A stretch of DNA of 46,204 nt from Candidatus Moraniibacteriota bacterium (GTDB lineage: Bacteria > Patescibacteriota > Minisyncoccia > Moranbacterales > UBA1568). Shown here one piece after another: positions 38,889-46,204 of the stretch. The stretch is taken from assembly GCA_013334575.1 (NCBI GenBank), contig JAAXXG010000008.1, positions 1-46,204 on the forward strand, given 5' to 3'. Position numbers and translations under genes: made by a program. The notes beneath the pieces were generated by a model. The model saw nothing but the letters and a program-made list of their open reading frames with translations, was not told where the DNA came from and did not search any database. Position 1 is the stretch's first letter; the number at the start of each line of letters is the position of its first letter.

Positions 38889-39293
38889 ATGACACACAAA
38901 ACTTTCTCCGTGGCCGTGAATCCGTCCGGCATCTACGCTATTCTCGAGAGGTATATCCCCGCCGAAGAAGTCGAGGGCATAGACGCGTTTCTGGCGACCT
39001 TCATGCTCACAGCCTACCTGGCGGAGTTCAACGGAAACCGGTGGGAGGCACAGATCTCCACCCGAGACTTGTCCATACGCTTTACGGAAGAGTGGGTCCG
39101 AGAACCTGATCCGCCCGCCTTCGTCGCCGCGATGAGGAAATTCAATCGCGATATCCTCCCGGAACTCGAAGTCATGTCACAAGAGGGCTCACTCCTAAAG
39201 CTCGAAGAAAATCCGGATGAGAGAATCTACGAGACGGGCGAATGGTTCGCAAGATGGTGTGCCCTTCTAGCAGGCAGGCTACTGATAGACTGA
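38889..39293 (+). CDS. hypothetical protein, paralogue B
   Basis: TTGACA at 38814; terminator at 39309-39344; similar to paralogue A. Confidence 0.8.
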   Translation: MTHKTFSVAVNPSGIYAILERYIPAEEVEGIDAFLATFMLTAYLAEFNGNRWEAQISTRDLSIRFTEEWVREPDPPAFVAAMRKFNRDILPELEVMSQEGSLLKLEENPDERIYETGEWFARWCALLAGRLLID

Positions 39294-39360
39294 TCATTAT
39301 AACGATCGAAAAGCCGCTCCATGCAAATACAGGAGCGGTTTTTTATTTCGCGCTCCAACA

Positions 39361-39411
39361 TCCGATTTCGTCCGAAAAATGCCCACTCGGAGAAGCCTCA
39401 GAAATAGACCG
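39361..39411 (+). repeat. module-boundary repeat, copy 2
   Basis: TCCGATTTCGTCCGAAAAATGCCCACTCGGAGAAGCCTCAGAAATAGACCG. Confidence 0.9.
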
Positions 39412-39587
39412 CGCCAGGCTTTGATGCTCCGGGTCAGAATTCGCCCGCACCCACTCAAAAGGAACACCCTCGACTCCCCACTGATATCCGTTCCCGGTCA
39501 CATCGACCCGGCAAAAGGCAAGGCGAGCATACTAAAACGCGTGACGGCAACGAAGCACATCACGCGTTTCATTCTTTTTCCCTCGCC

Positions 39588-40154
39588 TCATACGACGATG
39601 AGGTCCGGAGAGATGACGTCATCCACGAAACCGTACAGCAAGGCTTCACACAGAGAAAGACAAGTCCCTTCGCCATCCATCAACTCCATCACGCGATCTG
39701 CCTCGAGCCTGGTTCTCGATGCGATGAGGCGCGCGCAGATGATGTCGATCTCGGACATCGTCCGAGCATAGGAGAGGCTCTCGGAGGCACTCAGAGGCTG
39801 ATTATCGTGCCTGAAGATTTCGGCGAGCATGAAAGCCTCGCGAGCGCGGACCTTCCGACCACCATGCTCGTATGAAGCCCGATGGAAGAAGAACTTCGAA
39901 TCGGGGATGGCAAGCCTTTTGCTCCCCATCAGGAAGATGTCCAGGGCGGCCGACGATACCGGACCGTCTCCTATAGTCGTAATATCTCTTCCACGGAAAA
40001 GCGGTCCCACCACGAACAAGGCCTCGGCCGTACCACCCGAAGAAGATATGACCACGTTCGACTTCCCGCCGCGGACCTCTTCGGACAGGCGGCACAATTC
40101 ATAGGCGCCGATGTTGTTCCCCACTACAAAGGCGCTGTTGTACTCCGTATACAT
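39588..40154 (-). CDS. divergent ClpP-like protease subunit
   Basis: ISSSGG, GPVSSAA (Ser), KRLAIPDSKFFFH (His), EALLYGFVDDVI; SD GGGAGG; promoter TTGACA-17-TATAAT at 40257-40229. Confidence 0.8.
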   Translation of the reverse strand: MYTEYNSAFVVGNNIGAYELCRLSEEVRGGKSNVVISSSGGTAEALFVVGPLFRGRDITTIGDGPVSSAALDIFLMGSKRLAIPDSKFFFHRASYEHGGRKVRAREAFMLAEIFRHDNQPLSASESLSYARTMSEIDIICARLIASRTRLEADRVMELMDGEGTCLSLCEALLYGFVDDVISPDLIVV

Positions 40155-40340
40155 ATTACCTCCCGGTCTATCGTTGGAATAGAATGTCGGTTCGCTCTCC
40201 CTCTCCGACACATGTAAAAGAAAGTAATATTATAATTCATTAACATTTTCTTGTCAAACGAACATACCACGATAGCGCCCACTCCAACAGGACGAAAAAA
40301 CAGACATCCGGACGCCTGTTTCCCCTTTCCGACCTCAAAA

Positions 40341-40403
40341 TCCGATTTCGCCCAAAAAATATCCCTCGGATAAGGCCTAAAAATCGGACGAATTCGATTT
40401 CAA
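40341..40403 (+). repeat. module-boundary repeat, copy 3
   Basis: TCCGATTTCGCCCAAAAAATATCCCTCGGATAAGGCCTAAAAATCGGACGAATTCGATTTCAA. Confidence 0.88.
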
Positions 40404-40516
40404 CCGCGAATATCCCATTGGCATTGATTCGATCCATTCCAGCAATTCAGAATGAAAGAGAATAGATAAAGCCTGACTGTTTGCCAGCCAGGCTTTATTG
40501 GTTCGATTGCCCTCCT

Positions 40517-42346
40517 TCAGTTCGCAGGAATGGTCTTCATAAGTCTCTCCCGTTGTTCCGGGGTAAGCCTATTGAAGCGCTGATTCACCGTTGAACTGTC
40601 CCGTAAGACCCGTTGTTCGTTGTAATTCTTCCGAATCCGCTCATTCAGCTTCCTTTCGTTCTCGGTCTGCTTAAGCTGAATCGACTGATTGTCGAACGAG
40701 ACGATCGGCAACACGCTTTCTCCCGTATCGTAGTAACCGATGGTCACCACGTCACCGGAATCCGTATTCTCGATCTTCGGAGAAACGACCCTGGTACATG
40801 TGAACAGATGAGGGATGCCGGCCTTGGGATAGATATAGAAATTACCATCTTTGGCATCCTGATGGATCCTTCCGACAATAAACTGGACCGTTTTCATGTC
40901 CGTCCCTTTTTCCAAGGCAGCGAGCGCCCTTTTTCCCATCATGCCCTGATATACCCCGAGTGCTTCCGTCAAATCGTTTCCGATTGCGACTTTCTGGATT
41001 TCCAGCACGTTCACGATCGCGACGCCCTGACGGGCATGCGAATCATTCAGGAGCGGCATCACGGATACCATGTTTCCGTACAGATTGTAAATCTGCGGAT
41101 GAACGGGATGCAACTTCTTGTAACTCACATCCTTGTTGTTCAGCACGGCATTCTCGATGGCACTGTTCGTGCTACCGCCGTTGGTCAGGTAGTAGGTCGT
41201 CTTCCCGGTCCGCGAATTCACATACACCATAGCGAACAAAGAAGTGTCTTTCTGACTTGTTGAAGTCATGCTGACGACCCAGTAGAGATCTCCGTCGGAT
41301 CCATAAACCATGATGGGATCTTCGGGCTCAAGAAGGCTCAATGTTCCCCACCAGCTGTTCCACCAGCCACCCTTCAGTTCCCCCCACCACTTCAGATTCT
41401 GCTTGACATTGTCTTTTGGCATGACGCGGTCCACCCAGCTCGGAACGCTTCCCAGCGGATACGGCTTCGCGGCACCGGTAACGGGATCGACGATCACGAC
41501 ACCGGTCACTTTCTCGCCGTCGAAAACGATAGTCGGCTGATACGTGGTGACCACCCACCATGCCTTACCGTGCTCATCAACCTCCAGGGTATAATCTTTA
41601 AGACCGACAGAAAGGTATCCGTTCTCTCTCAGGTGCCTTTCCAGATTGTGACCGAAGAATGCGCCGGGAGTGTACTTGAATCCCTCCCCATCGCCAAGCA
41701 CCACGAACTTCGGTTCGACTTCATCATCCTCGGCACTGACCATGATGTAGCCCGGCACGGCTCCAGCACTGCTCCATACGCTGTAACTGTCCCTGTAATC
41801 GAGCGGCACCACATACCAGTATTCGCCGTTCACCTTCTGCAACGTGACCGCCGACTCAAGCACTTCGAACTGGCTGCCATAGTTCCTGCCGTTCAGGGTC
41901 AGATGGTTCTTTGCCTGATAGATTGCGTTCTCCTGGCTGGACAAACGGATATGCTGCGGATTCGTCGGCTGTATGTCCTGACTCCACGTCCTGGTCTGCA
42001 TGGGACCAACGATGGCGGCATACTCGTCGGACCGCAACATCGTACTGCCGAAAAACACCATTACCAGTGCCACAATCAACAGGCCGGCTGGAAAAGCTAT
42101 AAGGACGGATAAGCCTTCATTCGACGCGAAGTCGATCCCCGCCGAAATACACCACAGGATGAGCACAAAGAATCCGCACAATCCGAAAGTTGGACCGACC
42201 GTCGACGCAGTCGTGAGCCAGAATACAAACCAGAGCAACAGCTGAGCGGGCACAAAGACCCCGGCCGCCCAAGCGAATTGCCTCTTCAGCAGAAGCGGGA
42301 TTATACCTAAGCCGGCGCAGATAAGCGCCATGAAAAAGTAAGTCAT
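40517..42346 (-). CDS. membrane protein with about 4 N-terminal TMs and a large extracytoplasmic domain
   Basis: 609 aa; SD GAAGGAG; promoter TTGACT-17-TAGAAT at 42430-42402; hairpin at 40466-40498. Confidence 0.85.
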   Translation of the reverse strand: MTYFFMALICAGLGIIPLLLKRQFAWAAGVFVPAQLLLWFVFWLTTASTVGPTFGLCGFFVLILWCISAGIDFASNEGLSVLIAFPAGLLIVALVMVFFGSTMLRSDEYAAIVGPMQTRTWSQDIQPTNPQHIRLSSQENAIYQAKNHLTLNGRNYGSQFEVLESAVTLQKVNGEYWYVVPLDYRDSYSVWSSAGAVPGYIMVSAEDDEVEPKFVVLGDGEGFKYTPGAFFGHNLERHLRENGYLSVGLKDYTLEVDEHGKAWWVVTTYQPTIVFDGEKVTGVVIVDPVTGAAKPYPLGSVPSWVDRVMPKDNVKQNLKWWGELKGGWWNSWWGTLSLLEPEDPIMVYGSDGDLYWVVSMTSTSQKDTSLFAMVYVNSRTGKTTYYLTNGGSTNSAIENAVLNNKDVSYKKLHPVHPQIYNLYGNMVSVMPLLNDSHARQGVAIVNVLEIQKVAIGNDLTEALGVYQGMMGKRALAALEKGTDMKTVQFIVGRIHQDAKDGNFYIYPKAGIPHLFTCTRVVSPKIENTDSGDVVTIGYYDTGESVLPIVSFDNQSIQLKQTENERKLNERIRKNYNEQRVLRDSSTVNQRFNRLTPEQRERLMKTIPAN

Positions 42347-42488
42347 TCAGATTCTCCTTCATTTTATTGTTATAGAGCTGCGTCCGCATTTCGGACTTTA
42401 TATTCTAACACATTAAATAAAACGAGTCAATATCCTCCGAACGTAATATCAATAAATATCAGACGAATTCCGCACTCCAGGCCCCACA

Positions 42489-42551
42489 TCCGATTTCGTC
42501 CGAAAAATATCCCCGGGATAAGCCTCGAAAATCGACCGGATTCTATTTCAA
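42489..42551 (+). repeat. module-boundary repeat, copy 4
   Basis: TCCGATTTCGTCCGAAAAATATCCCCGGGATAAGCCTCGAAAATCGACCGGATTCTATTTCAA. Confidence 0.9.
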
Positions 42552-42703
42552 TGGCTGAGACCGAATTTCAACTTTCTCCACTTCCGATATGTCCGTACGA
42601 CAAGACCCTTGGCAATAAGCACGAGAATTATGACCGCAACCAAAACTAGTAGGTACGAATCGATAAAGAACGCCTTCAAAAGTGGAAACCACTCGAGTTT
42701 CAT
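42548..42703 (-). CDS. 51-aa single-TM ORF, possibly truncated at repeat copy 4
   Basis: Manual translation MKLEWFPLLKAFFIDSYLLVLVAVIILVLIAKGLVVRTYRKWRKLKFGLSH; SD AAGGAG; TGA lies inside the repeat. Confidence 0.55.
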   Translation of the reverse strand: MKLEWFPLLKAFFIDSYLLVLVAVIILVLIAKGLVVRTYRKWRKLKFGLSH

Positions 42704-42706
42704 AGA

Positions 42707-43009
42707 TTAATTCTCCTTAAAGAAGTCCTCGTCGACCCGTTTGATATCGTAGGTCGTCTCCACCTGCACGCCGACATCGTAGCGGATCATGAGGTCGACC
42801 AGCTTCTTGCCGTCGATCAGGATGATCTTATGCGCGGCCGTCTCGGCCTTCCGTACTGCACCCGCATCAAATGACGAGGTCGTCACGAAAATACCCTTGT
42901 TCGTGTCACCGCTCATCGCGCCGATGAAATCCCTGATATGCGGCTCGTAGGCCGGCTTCTCGTGGGTCGCATGCAAAACGCCTCGGTCGATCGGAATAAC
43001 GATCCGCAC
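42707..43009 (-). pseudogene. mrr: Mrr-type restriction endonuclease, C-terminal fragment
   Basis: IRDFIGAM..KGIFVTTSSF..IILIDGKKLVDLMIRYDVGV..DEDFF; upstream catalytic D..QxK segment absent. Confidence 0.8.
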
Positions 43010-43011
43010 CG

Positions 43012-43248
43012 TTACCTACTCCCTTCCACCCTATCCCGAATCAAATCGATGTTTCTCAAGGCTTTCCCGACATCGTGCCGCTCGCTCCAAATGAAATCCC
43101 GATCGATGACGGTCATCTCATCGGACATACCCGGCAGAGTATTTTTCGCATCCGGCATCAGCACCGAGTCGACGGACCGGTCGATCAGCTTTCCGGCAAG
43201 ATACCGCGCTTGTGCCTCTATCTCCTCTTGGGAAAGCCGTTCCTGCAT
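43012..43248 (-). pseudogene. probable C-terminal gene fragment
   Basis: 78-aa ORF abutting the oppositely oriented duplicated segment. Confidence 0.4.
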
Positions 43249-43255
43249 CGGCTAC

Positions 43256-43645
43256 ATTCTCGAGAGGTATATCCCCGCCGAAGAAGTCGAGGGCATAGAC
43301 GCCTTTCTGGTGACCTTCATGCTCACAGCCTACCTGGCGGAGTTCAACGGAAACCGGTGGGAGGCACAGATCTCCACCCGAGACTTGTCCATACGCTTTA
43401 CGGAAGAGTGGGTCCGAGAACCTGATCCGCCCGCCTTCGTCGCCGCGATGAGGAAATTCAATCGCGATATCCTCCCGGAACTCGAAGTCATGTCACAAGA
43501 GGGCTCACTCCTAAAGCTCGAAGAAAATCCGGATGAGAGAATCTACGAGACGGGCGAATGGTTCGCAAGATGGTGTGCCCTTCTAGCAGGCAGGCTACTG
43601 ATAGACTGATCATTATAACGATCGAAAAGCCGCTCCATGCAAATA
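43256..43645 (+). pseudogene. 5'-truncated near-identical copy of paralogue B plus most of its terminator
   Basis: Matches 38940-39329 with two substitutions noticed; no promoter or start codon. Confidence 0.9.
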
Positions 43646-43672
43646 AGAGCGGTTTTTAATTTTCATATTTCC

Positions 43673-44653
43673 TCATTCTCCTCCCCCCGATACCGGAGAG
43701 GTCGCCGGACCGCGATCTTCAGTGTTCCCCCGACCGGAAGCGGAGTCTTCCGAGAAAAGAACGATTCCCATCTCGAGCGCCTCCAGCATAAGAGCCGACT
43801 TCTCGTCATTCAAAGCGAGGAGTCTTTCACGCGGCTTATCCCGCCTCCTCAACAACCCTATCTGTTCCGATGTCGACAGTCCGGCGCCGGAAGCCTCCTC
43901 GTACCGTTTTTCGAGGTCATCCAGTTCCAGTCGCAGCAGTCCCTCTTCTTCTTCGATTTCCATCGTCCGTTTCCTTATATCTTCCCCTCTTCGAATATCT
44001 TTTCCGATATCCGGGTTTTTCGGCCGAATGTGAAACGCGTACTTTCCTTCGAAAGCCTTCTTCATATTCTTCATGGTCGCGACTATCAGCTTTCCTGCAT
44101 TTCCGAACTTACTCAGATACAACCCTTCACCGAGATACAGGGCGAGGTGCGTGACGTTCATATGTTCGCGGTCCTTCGAGATCATGACCGAATCCCCGGG
44201 AGCCAGTGTTCCCTCGTCGAAATCCGAAACATCCCATTTCGATATGACCATGGAACCGAACTCGTGCGGGATTCCGTTCGCGAGATGAACGAACGACGAG
44301 CAGTCGAATTTCCCCTCTCTCCGATGGTCCTCACGGATAAACGCAGCGATCTTTCCGAGCATCTCCTCGGGGAGATCGATATCCCGAGTCCCGTTCCGGT
44401 CCCGCATAGATATCTCGATCCGGTCCGTATTCGAAAGGTCGGAGAGCTTATAATAGCTCGCGGATCCGTCCGGGTTGTTCCGTCCCACGCGTATCTGATG
44501 AACCTTGAACAGGCTCCCCGAATCCTGATTCTCCGCATCATGTTTCTTCCCCTTTTCGATGATGAACCTGGTCGCCGGACGATGGTTCCGCTCGGCTTCC
44601 GATTCCCGATCGGGCCGCAGTTCCGCACTCTTTGGAGGCATCTCGAGATTCAT
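43673..44653 (-). CDS. hypothetical protein, possible NlpC/P60-like Cys-His core
   Basis: FDCSSFVH..LAPGDSV..THLALYLGEG. Confidence 0.7.
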   Translation of the reverse strand: MNLEMPPKSAELRPDRESEAERNHRPATRFIIEKGKKHDAENQDSGSLFKVHQIRVGRNNPDGSASYYKLSDLSNTDRIEISMRDRNGTRDIDLPEEMLGKIAAFIREDHRREGKFDCSSFVHLANGIPHEFGSMVISKWDVSDFDEGTLAPGDSVMISKDREHMNVTHLALYLGEGLYLSKFGNAGKLIVATMKNMKKAFEGKYAFHIRPKNPDIGKDIRRGEDIRKRTMEIEEEEGLLRLELDDLEKRYEEASGAGLSTSEQIGLLRRRDKPRERLLALNDEKSALMLEALEMGIVLFSEDSASGRGNTEDRGPATSPVSGGGE

Positions 44654-44707
44654 ATGTCATTTTTACAATCGCACGACCGGAACTCATACCCCTCCTATCT
44701 TCTCAAA

Positions 44708-44770
44708 TCCGATTTCGTCTGAAAAATATCCCTTTAATAAGCCCTAAAAATCGACCGGATTCTATTTCGA
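44708..44770 (+). repeat. module-boundary repeat, copy 5
   Basis: TCCGATTTCGTCTGAAAAATATCCCTTTAATAAGCCCTAAAAATCGACCGGATTCTATTTCGA. Confidence 0.9.
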
Positions 44771-45337
44771 TATTTCTGGCCTGGTTTTGTTATTTTCTAC
44801 GGAAACCGCTCCCGTCTTTTCCCGAAGAATAGACCCTATCGCCTCGGTCTCGGCATAGAAATCGCTTCCGACCTTCACCCGATAGAACGGCAAACCGACA
44901 GACTTATAGAGTTCTACGACGAAAACATCGCGCTTCATTCGATCGGCACGCCGGTGAGACCTCCCGTCCAACTCGATGGAAAGAAGCGGCGCAGTGGTTA
45001 CGCGATCACATATCAGAAAGTCGACATGATTTGACTTGATCCGGTTCCTCAAGCCTTGTTTCCGCCCATACATTAGCCCCGCCTCCTTCACCTCCACGAA
45101 ATCCTCGACCCGAACCTTCGGGAAAACGAGATACTCTTCCCCGAGTGTCCGCCGAAGATTCACGAAAAACGCAAGCTCCGAATCATTCATGAGCCGGCTC
45201 TTCTTCTTATACAAGGAAGCATCCGATCCATCCCCGAACTTTTTCTCCAAGAAATACTTCAGCGCGAGAAATCCCATTAGAATTACAACCGCGCCAATAA
45301 AAGAAAGATAGTTCATAACTAGATATTTTTCTTTCAT
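44762..45337 (-). CDS. DUF2726 family protein
   Basis: TM; LMNDSE..VFPKVRVEDF..HVDFLICD..IELDGRSH..RD. Confidence 0.88.
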   Translation of the reverse strand: MKEKYLVMNYLSFIGAVVILMGFLALKYFLEKKFGDGSDASLYKKKSRLMNDSELAFFVNLRRTLGEEYLVFPKVRVEDFVEVKEAGLMYGRKQGLRNRIKSNHVDFLICDRVTTAPLLSIELDGRSHRRADRMKRDVFVVELYKSVGLPFYRVKVGSDFYAETEAIGSILREKTGAVSVENNKTRPEISK

Positions 45338-45930
45338 TCTTCATTTGCTTCCATTCGTTTCCGACGCTCATCAAGCGTCTCACCATCATACATCCAATAC
45401 GCTGGACCCTGAACTCCGTAACTTAGTCCAAGAATTTTTTGAGCTGCGCGAGAAAGCGTAATTATCTCTCCATTAAAATTGATCTGTCCGTTTTCCAAAA
45501 CCGTCGCTTTAATACTCTTGTCTCTCGAAAATTCCAGCTCCGCACCAACAGGAATATCAACCATCTTAAACCTAAAGTCTGGCCTCCGCGCCCGAGCTTG
45601 ATTGAGTGCTTGCTGATCCTCGATCGTTTCCACAATATCCTTTTTCGGCGTAACATTTTCAACCTCAGCCAATCGCAACGCTGCAACCGCCCGTTCCGGT
45701 GCAATCTCGAAAAACTCCCGCGATGAGCGAACCCGATGGTCCATGAACGCATCATGTAACTGCCCCTCGACAAATCCCGCGTCCTTTACCGTGCAAGCAT
45801 AGAAACACTCAAATGGAAGTGGTACACCCGTCGTATCGAGCGACCGGATCCGCTGTTCCAGGTTCGTCGTCCGGCCGATCTTCACATACCCCGGCATTGC
45901 CTCGTTGATCAGGATGTAGATGATTTCCAT
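45334..45930 (-). CDS. T5orf172-type GIY-YIG domain protein
   Basis: IYILINEAMPGYVKIGRT..TGVPLPF..E..LH..REFF. Confidence 0.88.
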   Translation of the reverse strand: MEIIYILINEAMPGYVKIGRTTNLEQRIRSLDTTGVPLPFECFYACTVKDAGFVEGQLHDAFMDHRVRSSREFFEIAPERAVAALRLAEVENVTPKKDIVETIEDQQALNQARARRPDFRFKMVDIPVGAELEFSRDKSIKATVLENGQINFNGEIITLSRAAQKILGLSYGVQGPAYWMYDGETLDERRKRMEANEE

Positions 45931-45941
45931 AGAGCTTTGCG

Positions 45942-46204
45942 CTAATCCGTCCACTCATCCGCGAGCATTTCCGCCTGTTTGAGCACATTCTCGGTCGCGA
46001 TCTTTTGCATATCCGGCGGATAACCATACTGTCGGAGTGTTCGTCGAACCAGCACTCGAAGTTTTGCCCGGACACTTTCCTTCACGGTCCAGTCGATCGT
46101 CGCATTCGTACGCACTCGCTCAACAAGCACCCGCGCCAGAGCACGCAATTGCTCATCTCCAAGAACCGCCTGCGCACTCGGATTGTCAGCCAGCGCATCA
46201 TAGA
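45942..46204 (-). CDS. hsdR: type I restriction enzyme R subunit, C-terminus (partial)
   Basis: [51 protein letters not shown] (DUF3387-like). Confidence 0.9.
   Translation of the reverse strand, partial: YDALADNPSAQAVLGDEQLRALARVLVERVRTNATIDWTVKESVRAKLRVLVRRTLRQYGYPPDMQKIATENVLKQAEMLADEWTD

Noticed and set aside
37783-44770. Classical integron attC sites or Xer/pdif sites
   Set aside because: No RYYYAAC...GTTRRRY boxes and no intI. The ATTTCGT resemblance to a XerC arm is not followed by a 6-bp spacer and a XerD arm.

Overview
Chromosomal segment of a GC-rich bacterium, most likely Patescibacteria/CPR (Parcubacteria-like). This placement is inferred from a short 16S V1 region, a divergent 338F site, SD-less ribosomal-protein genes and typical gene content. 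Bases 1-18 kb are core translation genes: the 16S rRNA 5' end, infA-rpmJ-rpsM-rpsK-rpsD-rpoA-rplQ-rplM-rpsI, uppS and a trans-prenyltransferase, five tRNAs, rpmG, rpsB-tsf and rpmE-prfA-prmC. Bases 18-37 kb hold a histone-H1-like protein, a VirD4/HerA-like ATPase, a ~1430-aa protein sharing a LysM-like domain with a nearby small membrane protein, two GT39-like glycosyltransferases and small hypotheticals. Bases 37-46 kb are a mosaic accessory/defence region ending in a type I R-M hsdR. Three features stand out. (1) A GIY-YIG nuclease gene lies between a damaged and an intact tRNA-Tyr; two 16-nt mini-hairpins with CG duplications sit in the damaged copy's T-loop, and tRNA 3'-end repeats follow the intact copy. 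(2) Five co-oriented ~50-63-bp repeats delimit gene modules, several with their own promoter, in an integron-like pattern but without attC motifs. (3) RpoA lacks its C-terminal domain. All product calls rest on motif recognition, not database searches.
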